Sequence record: SRR31156797_707
Length of the DNA: 64,000 nucleotides
Strand: one strand, 5' to 3'
Below the pieces are notes generated by a model. It saw only the letters and a list, made by a program, of their open reading frames with translations. It made no database searches and had not been told where the DNA came from. Below, piece after piece: positions 50,954 to 61,347 of this stretch. Numbering within the stretch: the stretch's first letter is position 1; the number at the start of each line of letters is the position of its first letter. A program made the translations under genes and the position numbers.

Positions 50954-52662
50954 GGTCGATACTCAAAGTCTTCTTTATTATATACATTCCTATCGCAATA
51001 CTCCTCGGTATAACATGGAACGTTACGGATAAGCTGACTCTTGAGACTGCTGAAAAAGAACTGGCTGAAGAGATGGTTTCTAAAGCAGAAATCCTCAAAG
51101 GCTATGATATCAAAGACTCTTTCGACCTTGTTTTACACAAGCGATTTGAGAATATCTCTAACAACTCAAAACTGCGTATAACGATCATCCGAAAGGACGG
51201 TTTTGTGGTTGACGATTCATATTACACCCCTGATAAAGTTGACCTTATGGAGAACCACTCAAACAGACCAGAGGTCATAGAAGCGTTTGAAACCGGAAGC
51301 GGAAGCATCATCAGGCGAAGCACCACCACAGAAGAGCGTATGTACTACTACGCCGCAAAATACAGCGACAACCTGCTTGTCAGGATTTCATACCCTATGT
51401 CATACATAGAGTCACTGAGAAAAGATATGCTGAGGCAGAACCTGACAGTGTATTTTGTCCTCATAATTCTTATAGGTATGCTCACTGTCCTTCTCGCCAG
51501 ACGGATAAACAGCCCGATACAACAGCTCTCTATTATCGCTGACAAGATCGAACATGGAGATAAGAATATCTACTTCCCTTCTTTCCGTGATAAGACAATA
51601 ACAAAGCTGGTCTCTGTTATCTACCGAATATACAGCTCTATGAACCAGAAGACAGAAGAGCTTGAAAAAGAACGTGGAAAGCTTGACCACGTCTTCTCTA
51701 TACTCGATGAAGGGATCATTCTTTTAGACTCTAAAGATAATGTTCTCCACTTCAACGGAAAAGCTGAAGAATCGCTCAAGATAAAAATGACTAACGACAT
51801 TAACATCATCAACCAGACAAGTAATGTCGCAACTGTCTCTTTCCTCAACGAGATAGTTTCTAACGACTCTGACTGTAGGCTTCAGAAGGAGTTCGACGGA
51901 AAAATTTATGAGATTTACCTCAGAGTTCTTGAAGAAGAGAAGCTTGTTGTCTTCTTTGACGTAACAGAGCGTGCTGAATACGAAAACTTTAAAGCGGAGC
52001 TTATAGGCAACATCACACACGAGCTCAAAACACCCCTCGCAATGATTATGGGCTACTCTGAAACGATAATGAATGATCCTGAGATGGATCAGAAGTTCCA
52101 CGATAAATTTATTAAAATAATTTTCAACAGCTCTAACAGGCTGAATGTTCTTATAAACGACATCCTTAAACTCCATAAGCTTGAAATGCTTAAAAACAAT
52201 CTAATTGTAGAAGAGCCAAGCGTTATGCCAGATATAGGCGAAGAGCTTGAATCGTACTACGCTGATATACCGAAAGATGTACACATCTCTATCCCTAACG
52301 AAGAGATATATATCAACCGTGAGCACATAATGAGCATCTCCACCAATCTGCTCGATAACGCTATGAAATATTCGACAGGCGACCACATACACCTCAACGC
52401 TTCTTATGAGGATGAAACTCTGACCATCAAAGTGGAAGACCACGGACCTATGATCCCTCTTAGCGAGCAGGCACGTATCTTCGAAAGGTTTTACACCATG
52501 GACAAATCAAAAAATCAGAACAACACCGGCACAGGTTTAGGTCTCTCCATAGTTAAGCATATAGCCAATCTTTATAATGGTGACGCCAAGGTCATATCTA
52601 ATGACAAAGGCGGCAACACATTCATCGTACACCTAAAAGAGAAACCCCCAATCAACAGCTAA
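50950..52662 (+). CDS. phoR: sensor histidine kinase PhoR
   Basis: Two TMs, ENH..RPE periplasmic motif, HAMP, PAS-like region, HELKTPL, NLLDNA, GTGLGL. Confidence 0.88.
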   Translation: MRSILKVFFIIYIPIAILLGITWNVTDKLTLETAEKELAEEMVSKAEILKGYDIKDSFDLVLHKRFENISNNSKLRITIIRKDGFVVDDSYYTPDKVDLMENHSNRPEVIEAFETGSGSIIRRSTTTEERMYYYAAKYSDNLLVRISYPMSYIESLRKDMLRQNLTVYFVLIILIGMLTVLLARRINSPIQQLSIIADKIEHGDKNIYFPSFRDKTITKLVSVIYRIYSSMNQKTEELEKERGKLDHVFSILDEGIILLDSKDNVLHFNGKAEESLKIKMTNDINIINQTSNVATVSFLNEIVSNDSDCRLQKEFDGKIYEIYLRVLEEEKLVVFFDVTERAEYENFKAELIGNITHELKTPLAMIMGYSETIMNDPEMDQKFHDKFIKIIFNSSNRLNVLINDILKLHKLEMLKNNLIVEEPSVMPDIGEELESYYADIPKDVHISIPNEEIYINREHIMSISTNLLDNAMKYSTGDHIHLNASYEDETLTIKVEDHGPMIPLSEQARIFERFYTMDKSKNQNNTGTGLGLSIVKHIANLYNGDAKVISNDKGGNTFIVHLKEKPPINS

Positions 52663-52750
52663 CAATTAGTTGTAATTTACTTTACTTTTTTATTGCATTT
52701 TTCTGACATACGGTTATTCTATCGCAGATTCAAAACTGTGGCGGTGTAAT

Positions 52751-54418
52751 ATGCACGAACTAAATTGGGGAACCATAATCTTCGGTTTAATTGGCGGTCT
52801 GGGTTTATTCCTTTACGGTATGAAACTGATGTCAGAGGGACTTCAGAAAACAGCCGGTTCAAGTCTTAAAAGTATCATTGAAAAATTCACATCAAACAGA
52901 GTCATCGGAGTTTTCGTTGGAACGATAGTAACTGTTATCATCCAAAGCTCATCTGCGACAACTGTTATGGTGGTCAGCTTTGTTAATGCTGGTCTGATGA
53001 ACCTGTTTCAGGCTCTAAGCGTTGTTCTTGGTGCAAACATAGGCACAACCATTACAGCACAGCTTATCGCCTTTAAGATAACAAAATTTGCCCTGCCAGC
53101 CATAGGTATTGGTGTGGCGCTCGCCCTCTTCTCAAAAAATCCTAAGAAAAGATACTACGGCGAGATTGTCCTCGGTTTTGGTTTGCTCTTTTTCGGACTC
53201 TCAACGATGAAGCACGCATTCATACCTCTTAAAGAGGCAGAAGAGTTTGCTAATCTGTTTGTATATTTCTCTGCCAACCCAATAGCGGCAGCTGCTGCCG
53301 GAGCGATACTCACAGTTATTGTTCAGTCAAGTTCAGCAACATTAGGTATAACAATTGCGATGGCTTCCACGGGACTTTTGGATTTCCCTGCGGCGGCGGC
53401 ACTTGTTCTCGGTGAAAATATAGGTACAACTATCACAGCTAACCTCGCAGCGATAGGCGGAAGCCGAACGGCAAAGCAGGCGGCATTTGGTCACTTCCTG
53501 TTCAACTTCTTCGGTGTGTGCTATATGCTGATATTCCTCAAAGTGCTGATACACTTTGTAGATGTCTATACGCCAGGTGCGGTGGACTTCGTCGGAGCGG
53601 ACGGAACAAAGCCCTATATCGCAAGGCACATCGCGAACCTCCATACGACTTTTAACATATTAAACATGGTAATTTTTCTACCATTCATACACCTGCTTGC
53701 TAAGCTATGTGAGAAGATAATTAAATCTGACAACACAAGAGATAAGCAGCTTATGAGGCTAGATGAAAGGATGTTAAATACTCCTTCGATCGCAGTCGGA
53801 CAGGCGAAGAAAGAGATAGCTCTTATCTCTGAGATGCCGCTTGAAATGCTGGACATAATGGCAGACTCATTTAAATCTGGTAAGTCAAAGATCAAAGATA
53901 TCAAAACAATAGAATCTAAGCTTGATGTCTGTAATCATGAGTTTTCTAATTTCCTTACAAAGCTGACTCAGCAGAACATATCAGAACACACATCTCATAT
54001 AATCAATGACTTAGGGCATGTCATCCACAACCTGGAAAAAATTGGTGACCATACAGAGAACATAGCTAGATTCAGAGAAAAAATGTATAAAAAGAATATT
54101 CAATTCTCTAATGAGGCGGAAGCAGAAATAGCTGAAATGATGGACGTTGTGAACGGATTTGCTAAGCATATCATAGACTTCTATAACGACCCTGACACTA
54201 TCAATCAGCTCAATACTGAGGACGAAGACACCATTGATGCTATGCGAAAGAAATTTAAAAACAACCATATGAAGCGGCTCTCTAAAGGTCAGTGTGACCT
54301 GAACTCCGGAATCATGTTTGTGGATATAATAAATAACCTCGAAAAAATAGGCGACCACGTATATAACATAGCTCAAATAATGATGTACTCAAAAGATACA
54401 GCGTTAAACAAAGCGTAA
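52751..54418 (+). CDS. Na/Pi cotransporter (NptA/YjbB family) with PhoU-like C-domain
   Basis: Two QSSSA...GxNIGTT repeats; LEKIGDH twice. Confidence 0.93.
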   Translation: MHELNWGTIIFGLIGGLGLFLYGMKLMSEGLQKTAGSSLKSIIEKFTSNRVIGVFVGTIVTVIIQSSSATTVMVVSFVNAGLMNLFQALSVVLGANIGTTITAQLIAFKITKFALPAIGIGVALALFSKNPKKRYYGEIVLGFGLLFFGLSTMKHAFIPLKEAEEFANLFVYFSANPIAAAAAGAILTVIVQSSSATLGITIAMASTGLLDFPAAAALVLGENIGTTITANLAAIGGSRTAKQAAFGHFLFNFFGVCYMLIFLKVLIHFVDVYTPGAVDFVGADGTKPYIARHIANLHTTFNILNMVIFLPFIHLLAKLCEKIIKSDNTRDKQLMRLDERMLNTPSIAVGQAKKEIALISEMPLEMLDIMADSFKSGKSKIKDIKTIESKLDVCNHEFSNFLTKLTQQNISEHTSHIINDLGHVIHNLEKIGDHTENIARFREKMYKKNIQFSNEAEAEIAEMMDVVNGFAKHIIDFYNDPDTINQLNTEDEDTIDAMRKKFKNNHMKRLSKGQCDLNSGIMFVDIINNLEKIGDHVYNIAQIMMYSKDTALNKA

Positions 54419-54508
54419 TAAAATATTACCTGAAGTCGGGACACAAGGCTGTGAATGCTGGCTTAGCCCACGCTTTTCAGCTCATAATGTTCGTCTGAAA
54501 AATTTATC

Positions 54509-54540
54509 TAAGCCCTTCCTGTAAAATGGAGGGGCTTTTC
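54509..54540 (+). terminator. intrinsic terminator
   Basis: AAGCCCTTCC...GGAGGGGCTT followed by TTC. Confidence 0.65.
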
Positions 54541-54588
54541 TATTGTTATTTCCTAACAGTGAGTTATCCTTATAGTAATAGGTGAATT

Positions 54589-56241
54589 ATGCGCGAACTT
54601 GATTTTATTACTATAATTTTCGGCTTTCTTGGGGGGCTAGGCTTATTCCTTTACGGCATGAAGCTTATGTCTGAGGGTCTTCAGAAATCTGCTGGAGAAA
54701 GTCTAAAAAGAATTATAGACAAAGTGACCTCAAACAGATTCCTCGGTGCTTTTATCGGTATGGTATTAACTCTGATTATCCAGAGTTCTTCAGCCACTAC
54801 CGTCATGGTTGTCGGTTTTGTTAACGCTAAGCTTATGAGCCTTGTGCAGGCGCTTAGTATCGTGCTTGGTGCTAATATAGGCACAACAATCACCGGTCAG
54901 CTCATAGCCTTTAACATAACGAAATACGCCCTTCCAGCGATATTCATAGGTGCTGTATTAGCCTTATTCGCCAAAAGTCTGAAAAAACGCAGTTACGGTG
55001 AAGTAGTTCTCGGTTTTGGTCTCCTCTTCTTCGGTCTGACCACGATGAAACACTCATTTATCCCGCTAAAAGAATCAGAAGACTTCGTTAAACTTTTTAT
55101 ATATTTCTCAACCAACCCTTTAGCTGCGGCAGGTGCTGGGGCACTCCTCACCATGATAGTTCAGAGTAGTTCAGCTACTATGGGTATAGTAATGGCTATG
55201 GCGACAACGGGGATATTAGATTTTCAGGCGGCAGCAGCACTTGTATTAGGGCAAAACATGGGTACAACAATAACTGCTAACTTAGCGGCACTTAGCGCCA
55301 GCAGAAATGCTAAGAGGGCAGCTTTCGGGCATTTCCTGTTTAACTTTTTCGGCGTGGCATACATGCTGATTCTTCTCAAATTCTTTTTATACATCACAGA
55401 CACTATCACGCCTGGTGCGGTTGATTTTATAGCCGCAGACGGTACTAAGCCATACATAGCAGCCCACATAGCAAACCTGCATACTCTATTCAATGTTCTG
55501 AACATGATAATCTTTCTGCCTCTCATCCACCCTCTTGCAAGACTTTGTGAAAAAGTTATCAAATCTGAGGACAGGCGTAAGAGCAAACGACTGCTGAAGC
55601 TCGATAGAAATATGGTCAAAACGCCGGCAGTAGCCATTGCTCAGAGTAAGAAAGAGCTAGAAAAGATATCAGCCATACCTATTGAAATGCTCGGTATCCT
55701 CAACAATTCATTTAAGAACAACAAGGCTGGACTGAAAGAGATTAAAAACTTAGAGGCGACACTTAATCAGTATAACACTGAATTCAGTATGTTTATGACG
55801 CTGCTCACTCAGGAGAATATCAGTGAAAAAGCTTCCCAGTCGATCACCGAGCTAGGACATGTCATGCATAATATCGAAAAGATGGGGAACTACATCCAGA
55901 ACGTCGCAAGGTTCAGGAAGAAAGCTATCAGGAAAGAGATCGTTTTTACCAAAGCAGCTACAGAAGAAATTTCTGAGATGCTGGATATCACCATCAGGTT
56001 CACAAGCCAGACCATTCAGTCATATAACAGTGCAGACGGTGAGTGTGAGTTTGATATTACTGATGAGGAGATACTTGATGCTATGCGCAAGAAATTTACA
56101 AACAACCATATGAAACGCCTGTCTAAAGGTAAAGTCGGAGCTAATACAGGAACAGTTTTTGTAGATATTATCAATCATTTAGAAAAGATAGGCGACCATG
56201 CATACGCCATAGCTCAGATAATAGAGTGCAGAGATAATTAA
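54589..56241 (+). CDS. Na/Pi cotransporter, tandem paralogue
   Basis: Same motifs and colinear with 52751-54418. Confidence 0.93.
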   Translation: MRELDFITIIFGFLGGLGLFLYGMKLMSEGLQKSAGESLKRIIDKVTSNRFLGAFIGMVLTLIIQSSSATTVMVVGFVNAKLMSLVQALSIVLGANIGTTITGQLIAFNITKYALPAIFIGAVLALFAKSLKKRSYGEVVLGFGLLFFGLTTMKHSFIPLKESEDFVKLFIYFSTNPLAAAGAGALLTMIVQSSSATMGIVMAMATTGILDFQAAAALVLGQNMGTTITANLAALSASRNAKRAAFGHFLFNFFGVAYMLILLKFFLYITDTITPGAVDFIAADGTKPYIAAHIANLHTLFNVLNMIIFLPLIHPLARLCEKVIKSEDRRKSKRLLKLDRNMVKTPAVAIAQSKKELEKISAIPIEMLGILNNSFKNNKAGLKEIKNLEATLNQYNTEFSMFMTLLTQENISEKASQSITELGHVMHNIEKMGNYIQNVARFRKKAIRKEIVFTKAATEEISEMLDITIRFTSQTIQSYNSADGECEFDITDEEILDAMRKKFTNNHMKRLSKGKVGANTGTVFVDIINHLEKIGDHAYAIAQIIECRDN

Positions 56242-59054
56242 GATGGTTTGAGTGCGCTCCACTCCACAGGAATGCGTATTATTGCCCCCTCTTTAAGCAT
56301 TGAGTTGACAAAGCCTTCTTCGGCACCGTGCAGGAAGAGGTTCTTCGTCACCTCCACATCCATCTTGCAATACTCGATAATCTTGTCCATCTCGCCGTTT
56401 TTATACCACTCGAGTGCTTGTAAGCCGTCTGCAGTTTTCGCCGCACCTATGGTCGCACCAGCCATATTATCCAATGAAAACCTTCGCCCGGTATTCGCCC
56501 TAACATCTGCTAGCATATCAAAGACGATAGTCTTGCTGAAATCAGGTACACGGTAGCCTGTTATAACTTTATTATCAAAACCTATATTATTAAATCCCAT
56601 TATACATTTAGCTGTCTCAAGACGTATGATGAATTCTTCAGCTTTATCTTCAGTGTAAACTTCATATTCATCCTTTTCAAAAGAGTATATAACCGCCGCA
56701 GATATCCCCATCTTATGTGCATTACCCCAACCGCCGACATCGTCCGCAGAGTGCTTTGTCTCTATGTCGTAAACAAGTGTATCCGTCCGCTCAACTTCCT
56801 TCAGCTCAGGAACATCCGAAGGTAAATGACCACCTGAAATCAGAGCTTCCATAAGCATCACAGCTCCAGCTTTATCGAGCGGATAATTACCACTACCGCA
56901 CTTAGGGCTGTATATACAAGCAGGACAGCCAGACTCGCAATCGCAATTTTTCACAAGCTCAAGTGTGCGCTTAACCACCTCGTCAAACTGCTGATAAACA
57001 CGCTCATTTATACCTATTCCACCCGGGTGTCCGTCATACATAAAAACCGCAGAACTTCCTAGCTGTGGGTGGAACGGATATGATATACCGCCTATGTCGT
57101 CACGGCTGGCGAGGTAGAATGTCGGAATTATTGATATCATAGCGTGCTCGAAAGCGTGGATACTACCCATGAAATCCAGCTCCGCATCCTGAATAACGCC
57201 TTTGATGCTGTCAGGGATAAGGACATACATCCCTTTTGTTGAAAACTGTATAGGCTGTTCCTCAAGGTCAACATCGCTTATCTTTTCACCTGTCCGGCTG
57301 GAGATGCGTGTATATCCTGTTAGCTGTTCTGTAACTTTCAGACCGCAGAAGCAAGAAGCCATACCTGAGTGCTCACGGCTGGCGATAGATTTCTCTACCA
57401 TGGTGTTTTTATCGGTGCGTGGCATGGTATAATAGTTACCTGTGAACGGTTCAGTTTTAATCTCTTTCTTAGCCCTATCGACAGAGCGGATGATAAAACT
57501 GCTCCCTCTGTGCATATATACAGCACCTTTGAAATTTTCCATATAAGCACGCCTGCCGGAAGCTGTCGCTATGAGAGAATCACCGCAGTACATACTGTAA
57601 TTATCCCCCGCCATACGCAGATCGACATCCTTATACGGATATTTCACCAGTGTAAAATACCTTCCGTTCTCCTCATCTTTAAAGACGGCAGACTCCATAA
57701 CCATCCTCTTAATGAGCTGTTCATTATGTTTAAAATAGTCCTCTGTCTCTTCGATAGGCTTTTCAAAGGCGGCACAGCGTATGTGAGCCGTATTTACTGT
57801 TTCATTTGTCGTATCAATGACTACATTCTCAAAATCAGCCTGATAAAGTTTCTGCGGGTGCTTGACATAATATTGATCTAATGCATCATACCCTGCTATC
57901 ATAATGACAAGGCTGTCAGACCCACGCCGACCGCTTCGCCCCGCCCTCTGCCAAAGGCTCATCAGAGACCCAGGATAGCCAGCGAGAATAGTGCAATCCA
58001 CTCCGCCTATGTCTATCCCCAGCTCGAATGCAGATGTCGATATAACAGCTTTTAAACGCCCTTCTGCAAGGTCAGCCTCTATCTCTCTCCGCTCCTCCGG
58101 CAGAAAACCTGCACGGTAGGAAGAGACAGTTTTAGCGTAGCCAGCATCAGCCGCCAGTAAATTGGCGAATATACGCTCAGTCTGCTTTCTCGATTTGGTA
58201 AAGCATATAGTTTTAAGCCCAGCCTCAAGGTTAGTTTTCAGCAGGTAATTAGCAACACTTACTACAGGTATATCCGAGTTCATCATCAAAAAGTGCTTCT
58301 CACCAGACGGCGCCCCACTCTCAGCTATATGAAAGAAATCTCTTGCGAACATTGTGTCAGCAAACTCTTTCGGATTACCTATGGTGGCGGAACAGCTGAT
58401 GATCTGGACATTAGGAAAGAGGCGCATAAACCTCGCAAAAAGGTTATAAACGTGATTACCAAAGATGCCTCTGTATGTATGGAGTTCGTCAACGACGATG
58501 TATTTAAGATTATTCAGGAAATCTGACCACTCTGAGCGTTTTGGAAGTATGGCGTAATGCAGTATGTCAGGATTGCTGAAAATTATATTAGGTCTGTCCT
58601 TCTGGATCTTACGCCTCACTTTCTTATCAGTGTCTCCGTCCACCACTGCAAGCCCAATCCCCTCTCCGAGCGGTATATTACTCAGAAAATTCTCAAGATT
58701 ACGCATCTGGTCACGACCGAGAGCCTTTAAAGGGAAAAGATAAAGCGCAGTAACATTCCTGTCGTGATACATATCTTCAATTATAGGAAGGTTATAGCAG
58801 AGTGTTTTACCTGATGATGTCGGAGTGGTGACAAGTACATCCTGCCCCTCTTTGACCCTTTTATAAGCTTCCGCCTGATGAGTGAAAAGTGATGGGATGC
58901 CGCTATCTTCTACTGCGTCTCTGATTATTTGTGATTCGATGATATCAAGCCCGCATGTATCAGCCTTTTTACCTTCAAAGACATGCTCAAAAGCGACTGA
59001 CGAGCCTAATTTATTTTTTTTGATATTGGAGACAATCTCACTGATTCTATTCAT
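56238..59054 (-). CDS. SF2 helicase (Hrq1/MrfA/YprA type) with DUF1998 and C-terminal DEDD/RNase_H_2 exonuclease
   Basis: TSSGKT, DELH, SAT, QRAGRSGR; CDCESGCPAC; YDIET...GFN..GFD...YC..DV. Confidence 0.88.
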   Translation of the reverse strand: MNRISEIVSNIKKNKLGSSVAFEHVFEGKKADTCGLDIIESQIIRDAVEDSGIPSLFTHQAEAYKRVKEGQDVLVTTPTSSGKTLCYNLPIIEDMYHDRNVTALYLFPLKALGRDQMRNLENFLSNIPLGEGIGLAVVDGDTDKKVRRKIQKDRPNIIFSNPDILHYAILPKRSEWSDFLNNLKYIVVDELHTYRGIFGNHVYNLFARFMRLFPNVQIISCSATIGNPKEFADTMFARDFFHIAESGAPSGEKHFLMMNSDIPVVSVANYLLKTNLEAGLKTICFTKSRKQTERIFANLLAADAGYAKTVSSYRAGFLPEERREIEADLAEGRLKAVISTSAFELGIDIGGVDCTILAGYPGSLMSLWQRAGRSGRRGSDSLVIMIAGYDALDQYYVKHPQKLYQADFENVVIDTTNETVNTAHIRCAAFEKPIEETEDYFKHNEQLIKRMVMESAVFKDEENGRYFTLVKYPYKDVDLRMAGDNYSMYCGDSLIATASGRRAYMENFKGAVYMHRGSSFIIRSVDRAKKEIKTEPFTGNYYTMPRTDKNTMVEKSIASREHSGMASCFCGLKVTEQLTGYTRISSRTGEKISDVDLEEQPIQFSTKGMYVLIPDSIKGVIQDAELDFMGSIHAFEHAMISIIPTFYLASRDDIGGISYPFHPQLGSSAVFMYDGHPGGIGINERVYQQFDEVVKRTLELVKNCDCESGCPACIYSPKCGSGNYPLDKAGAVMLMEALISGGHLPSDVPELKEVERTDTLVYDIETKHSADDVGGWGNAHKMGISAAVIYSFEKDEYEVYTEDKAEEFIIRLETAKCIMGFNNIGFDNKVITGYRVPDFSKTIVFDMLADVRANTGRRFSLDNMAGATIGAAKTADGLQALEWYKNGEMDKIIEYCKMDVEVTKNLFLHGAEEGFVNSMLKEGAIIRIPVEWSALKPS

Positions 59055-59098
59055 ATATAACAGATTCTAAACAGACTCAGCGAATGGGTCAACAGGTT

Positions 59099-59317
59099 TC
59101 AGCGTCTCTTCCAGTCCTCTTCACCGCAAATAGGGCAAACAGGCTTAAACGGAGGATTTTTCACACCGCAATTCCTACAAGTCTTCATAATTAGGAAGTA
59201 GTAAGGAACTATCACCACGTAAAGACCTATGATGATAAGTGCCAGAAGTTGAAAAGCTTTGAATTTAAACCCGAGAATTACAGAGATGATAAACAGTATG
59301 GATCCAGTCTTTAACAT
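59099..59317 (-). CDS. small membrane protein with zinc ribbon
   Basis: Two hydrophobic helices, then CRNCG...CPICG; AAGGTGG RBS. Confidence 0.65.
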   Translation of the reverse strand: MLKTGSILFIISVILGFKFKAFQLLALIIIGLYVVIVPYYFLIMKTCRNCGVKNPPFKPVCPICGEEDWKRR

Positions 59318-59406
59318 TGTTCAACCACCTTAAACTATTCTTATATATATAATTATAACCCTTTAAAAAAACTTTTGCAAAGGTTAAGTGTGATTAAATA
59401 GTATAT

Positions 59407-59525
59407 GTCATTCTGAGCAAAGCGAAGAATCTTCAACCTATAGATGTACTAAGCAAATTTATAAGCTTATTAGTGATGATATATGGATAAGATTGCCGAG
59501 TCAGGCGAGCCTTCCTCGCAATGAC
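59407..59525. repeat. REP-like doublet, copy 4
   Basis: GTCATTCTGAGCAAAGCGAAGAATCT (59407-59432)...AGATTGCCGAGTCAGGCGAGCCTTCCTCGCAATGAC (59490-59525). Confidence 0.88.
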
Positions 59526-59539
59526 GTTAGTAATGAGTT

Positions 59540-60715
59540 TTAATCGTTGTCGAATCTCTTAGAACCTTCGTAAATCTCATATTCGAGGAGTCGGCACTCA
59601 ATATTTGAGCTCCAGAAGACATGTCTTCTCTCTGCTCTGAGTCCAACTTTTTTAGCAAGTCCGAGGTTTCCGGTAAATATGAAACACCTTGAGCCCTGGC
59701 ATTTGTTTTTAAAAAAATCACCAAGGTCACGGTAAGTCATCTCAAGCTTTTTCTCATCACCGAGGCGCATACCATACTCAGGGTTTACCATAAGCATAAA
59801 CTGCCCGCCTTTAGGTATGTGACTGTCTTTGAAATCACATCTCTGTACATGTACAAGATGACTAAAGCCTGCATTGGCAATATTAGACTGAGCAGCCTGA
59901 ACAGCATCACGGCTTATATCTGAACCGGAGATTTTTATCCCGCACTTCTTTATCCCAGCCGCCGCATCAACACACACCTTTTCAAATACTTTTTCGTCGT
60001 ATCCCACAAGGTGCATAAAACCGAAATTAGTTCTGAAAGCACCTGATGGAGTGTTTGTAGCAACCATTGCCGCTTCGATAAGGAGGGTTCCGCTACCGCA
60101 CATAGGGTTTGCGAAGTTTACTGTTCCGTCAAAGCCGGCAGCCATAAGAGCCGCAGCCGCAAGTGTTTCCTGCATAGGAGCTTTAAAAGGGTTTTTCCTG
60201 TAGCCTCTTCTCGTAAGCGGCTCACCGGAAGTGTCTATATATATAGCGCAATCACTCTCTTTCCAGTAGAGAAAGATAACAGTGTTCTCCTCATTAGGAC
60301 CAGAATCTGGGCGCTTACCTTTTGTGTCACGCAGACGATCTACAATAGCATCTTTCAGCTTATATGATGCAAATCTGGTATCTTTAATAGTGGAGTTAAG
60401 AACTGATGCGGAAACAGAAAAATAACCGTTAATAGGGATAATCTCTTCCCATTTAATCTTTTTAGCGTTCTTGTAAAGCACGTCACCGTTCTGGACACGC
60501 ATCTTCTCTACAAGATACAAAACCCTATGACCTGTGCGCAGGTGCATGTTAAGAAACATACAATCTTCGAGGGTTCCCTCTGTCGCTACAGCCGCTTTTC
60601 TGGTGTAAAGCACTGGGTATCCAAGTTTTTTAAGTTCCGCCTCGAGATATTGAGGTATCTCTTTCGGGCAGGTAATCAGTATTTCATTCTTCTGTTTAAA
60701 GTTCATTTCCACCAC
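59540..60715 (-). CDS. THUMP-domain RNA methyltransferase (RlmL-like)
   Basis: DTSG.PL.RRGYR, AP..ETLAA, PMCGSGT, NPEYG.R. Confidence 0.88.
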   Translation of the reverse strand: MVEMNFKQKNEILITCPKEIPQYLEAELKKLGYPVLYTRKAAVATEGTLEDCMFLNMHLRTGHRVLYLVEKMRVQNGDVLYKNAKKIKWEEIIPINGYFSVSASVLNSTIKDTRFASYKLKDAIVDRLRDTKGKRPDSGPNEENTVIFLYWKESDCAIYIDTSGEPLTRRGYRKNPFKAPMQETLAAAALMAAGFDGTVNFANPMCGSGTLLIEAAMVATNTPSGAFRTNFGFMHLVGYDEKVFEKVCVDAAAGIKKCGIKISGSDISRDAVQAAQSNIANAGFSHLVHVQRCDFKDSHIPKGGQFMLMVNPEYGMRLGDEKKLEMTYRDLGDFFKNKCQGSRCFIFTGNLGLAKKVGLRAERRHVFWSSNIECRLLEYEIYEGSKRFDND

Positions 60716-60755
60716 CGGATTTGGACTATACTTGAATTGTACCTAAATTGGAACA

Positions 60756-60785
60756 AAAAAAGAAGGGCAGCTATAAAACTGCCCC
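60756..60785 (-). terminator. intrinsic terminator
   Basis: Minus strand GGGCAG-loop-CTGCCC-TTCTTTTTTT after the 60817-61227 gene. Confidence 0.7.
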
Positions 60786-60816
60786 AACGTTACATAAGAA
60801 AGTGATCTTACTTTAA

Positions 60817-61227
60817 TTATTTTTGTACTGCGAATGGTCCGCGAACGTCACCTTTAGCGTTTACAACCACGTCAAATGTGTTGCCGTTAGCATCTTCAAC
60901 AGTGTATTTGTAACCTGTGAATCTTCTACCTTCAAATGTTGAAGACTCTTTCACGTCGAAACCGTTAAGGTTAGAGCTGATAAAGTCTGCCGCTGCTGCA
61001 TCTGCCTGAACTTGAGTAACAGGTGTGAAATCAGCAGGAAGCCTGTATCCCATACCTCTCTGACCTTTCATGCCTGCACCACCGAAACCGCCAGCAGACT
61101 GAGATGCGCCAACACCTGTACAGTCGCCTGCGCCTCTTCCACCGCCACCATTTCCGCCTTTAGCGAAGGCTGTACCGGCACCTACTGTCATAAGAGCTAC
61201 AAGAGCTAAAATCATAAACTTTTTCAT
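60817..61227 (-). CDS. small secreted protein, Gly-rich N-region, PepSY-like C-domain
   Basis: Sec signal ending AFA; GGAGG RBS. Confidence 0.75.
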   Translation of the reverse strand: MKKFMILALVALMTVGAGTAFAKGGNGGGGRGAGDCTGVGASQSAGGFGGAGMKGQRGMGYRLPADFTPVTQVQADAAAADFISSNLNGFDVKESSTFEGRRFTGYKYTVEDANGNTFDVVVNAKGDVRGPFAVQK

Positions 61228-61265
61228 TTTGGATCCTCCGTTTGTATAATTGTTAGCATATACAT

Positions 61266-61281
61266 ACCAAGAGACGTGCCA
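61266..61281 (-). promoter_or_regulatory. sigma54 (-24/-12) promoter
   Basis: Minus strand TGGCACGTCTCTTGGT (one mismatch to TGGCACG-N4-TTGC). Confidence 0.65.
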
Positions 61282-61347
61282 AAAACTAAATAGTAATATA
61301 AGTGTTTATTGTATATAGATTAATAGATAATATCGGCTAAAATATAA

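Noticed and set aside
54428-54500. GC-richer stretch between the Na/Pi genes as a Na+/Li+ riboswitch
   Set aside because: I cannot match it to a known consensus; short palindromes (CCTGAAGTCGGG, GGCTTAGCC) look more like decayed REP remnants. An Rfam scan would settle it.
52751-56241. Tandem Na/Pi genes as an assembly artefact
   Set aside because: The copies differ extensively at nucleotide and protein level.
56238-59054. DISARM/Druantia-type defence island
   Set aside because: No methylase, PLD, SNF2 or other defence genes are adjacent; housekeeping context.
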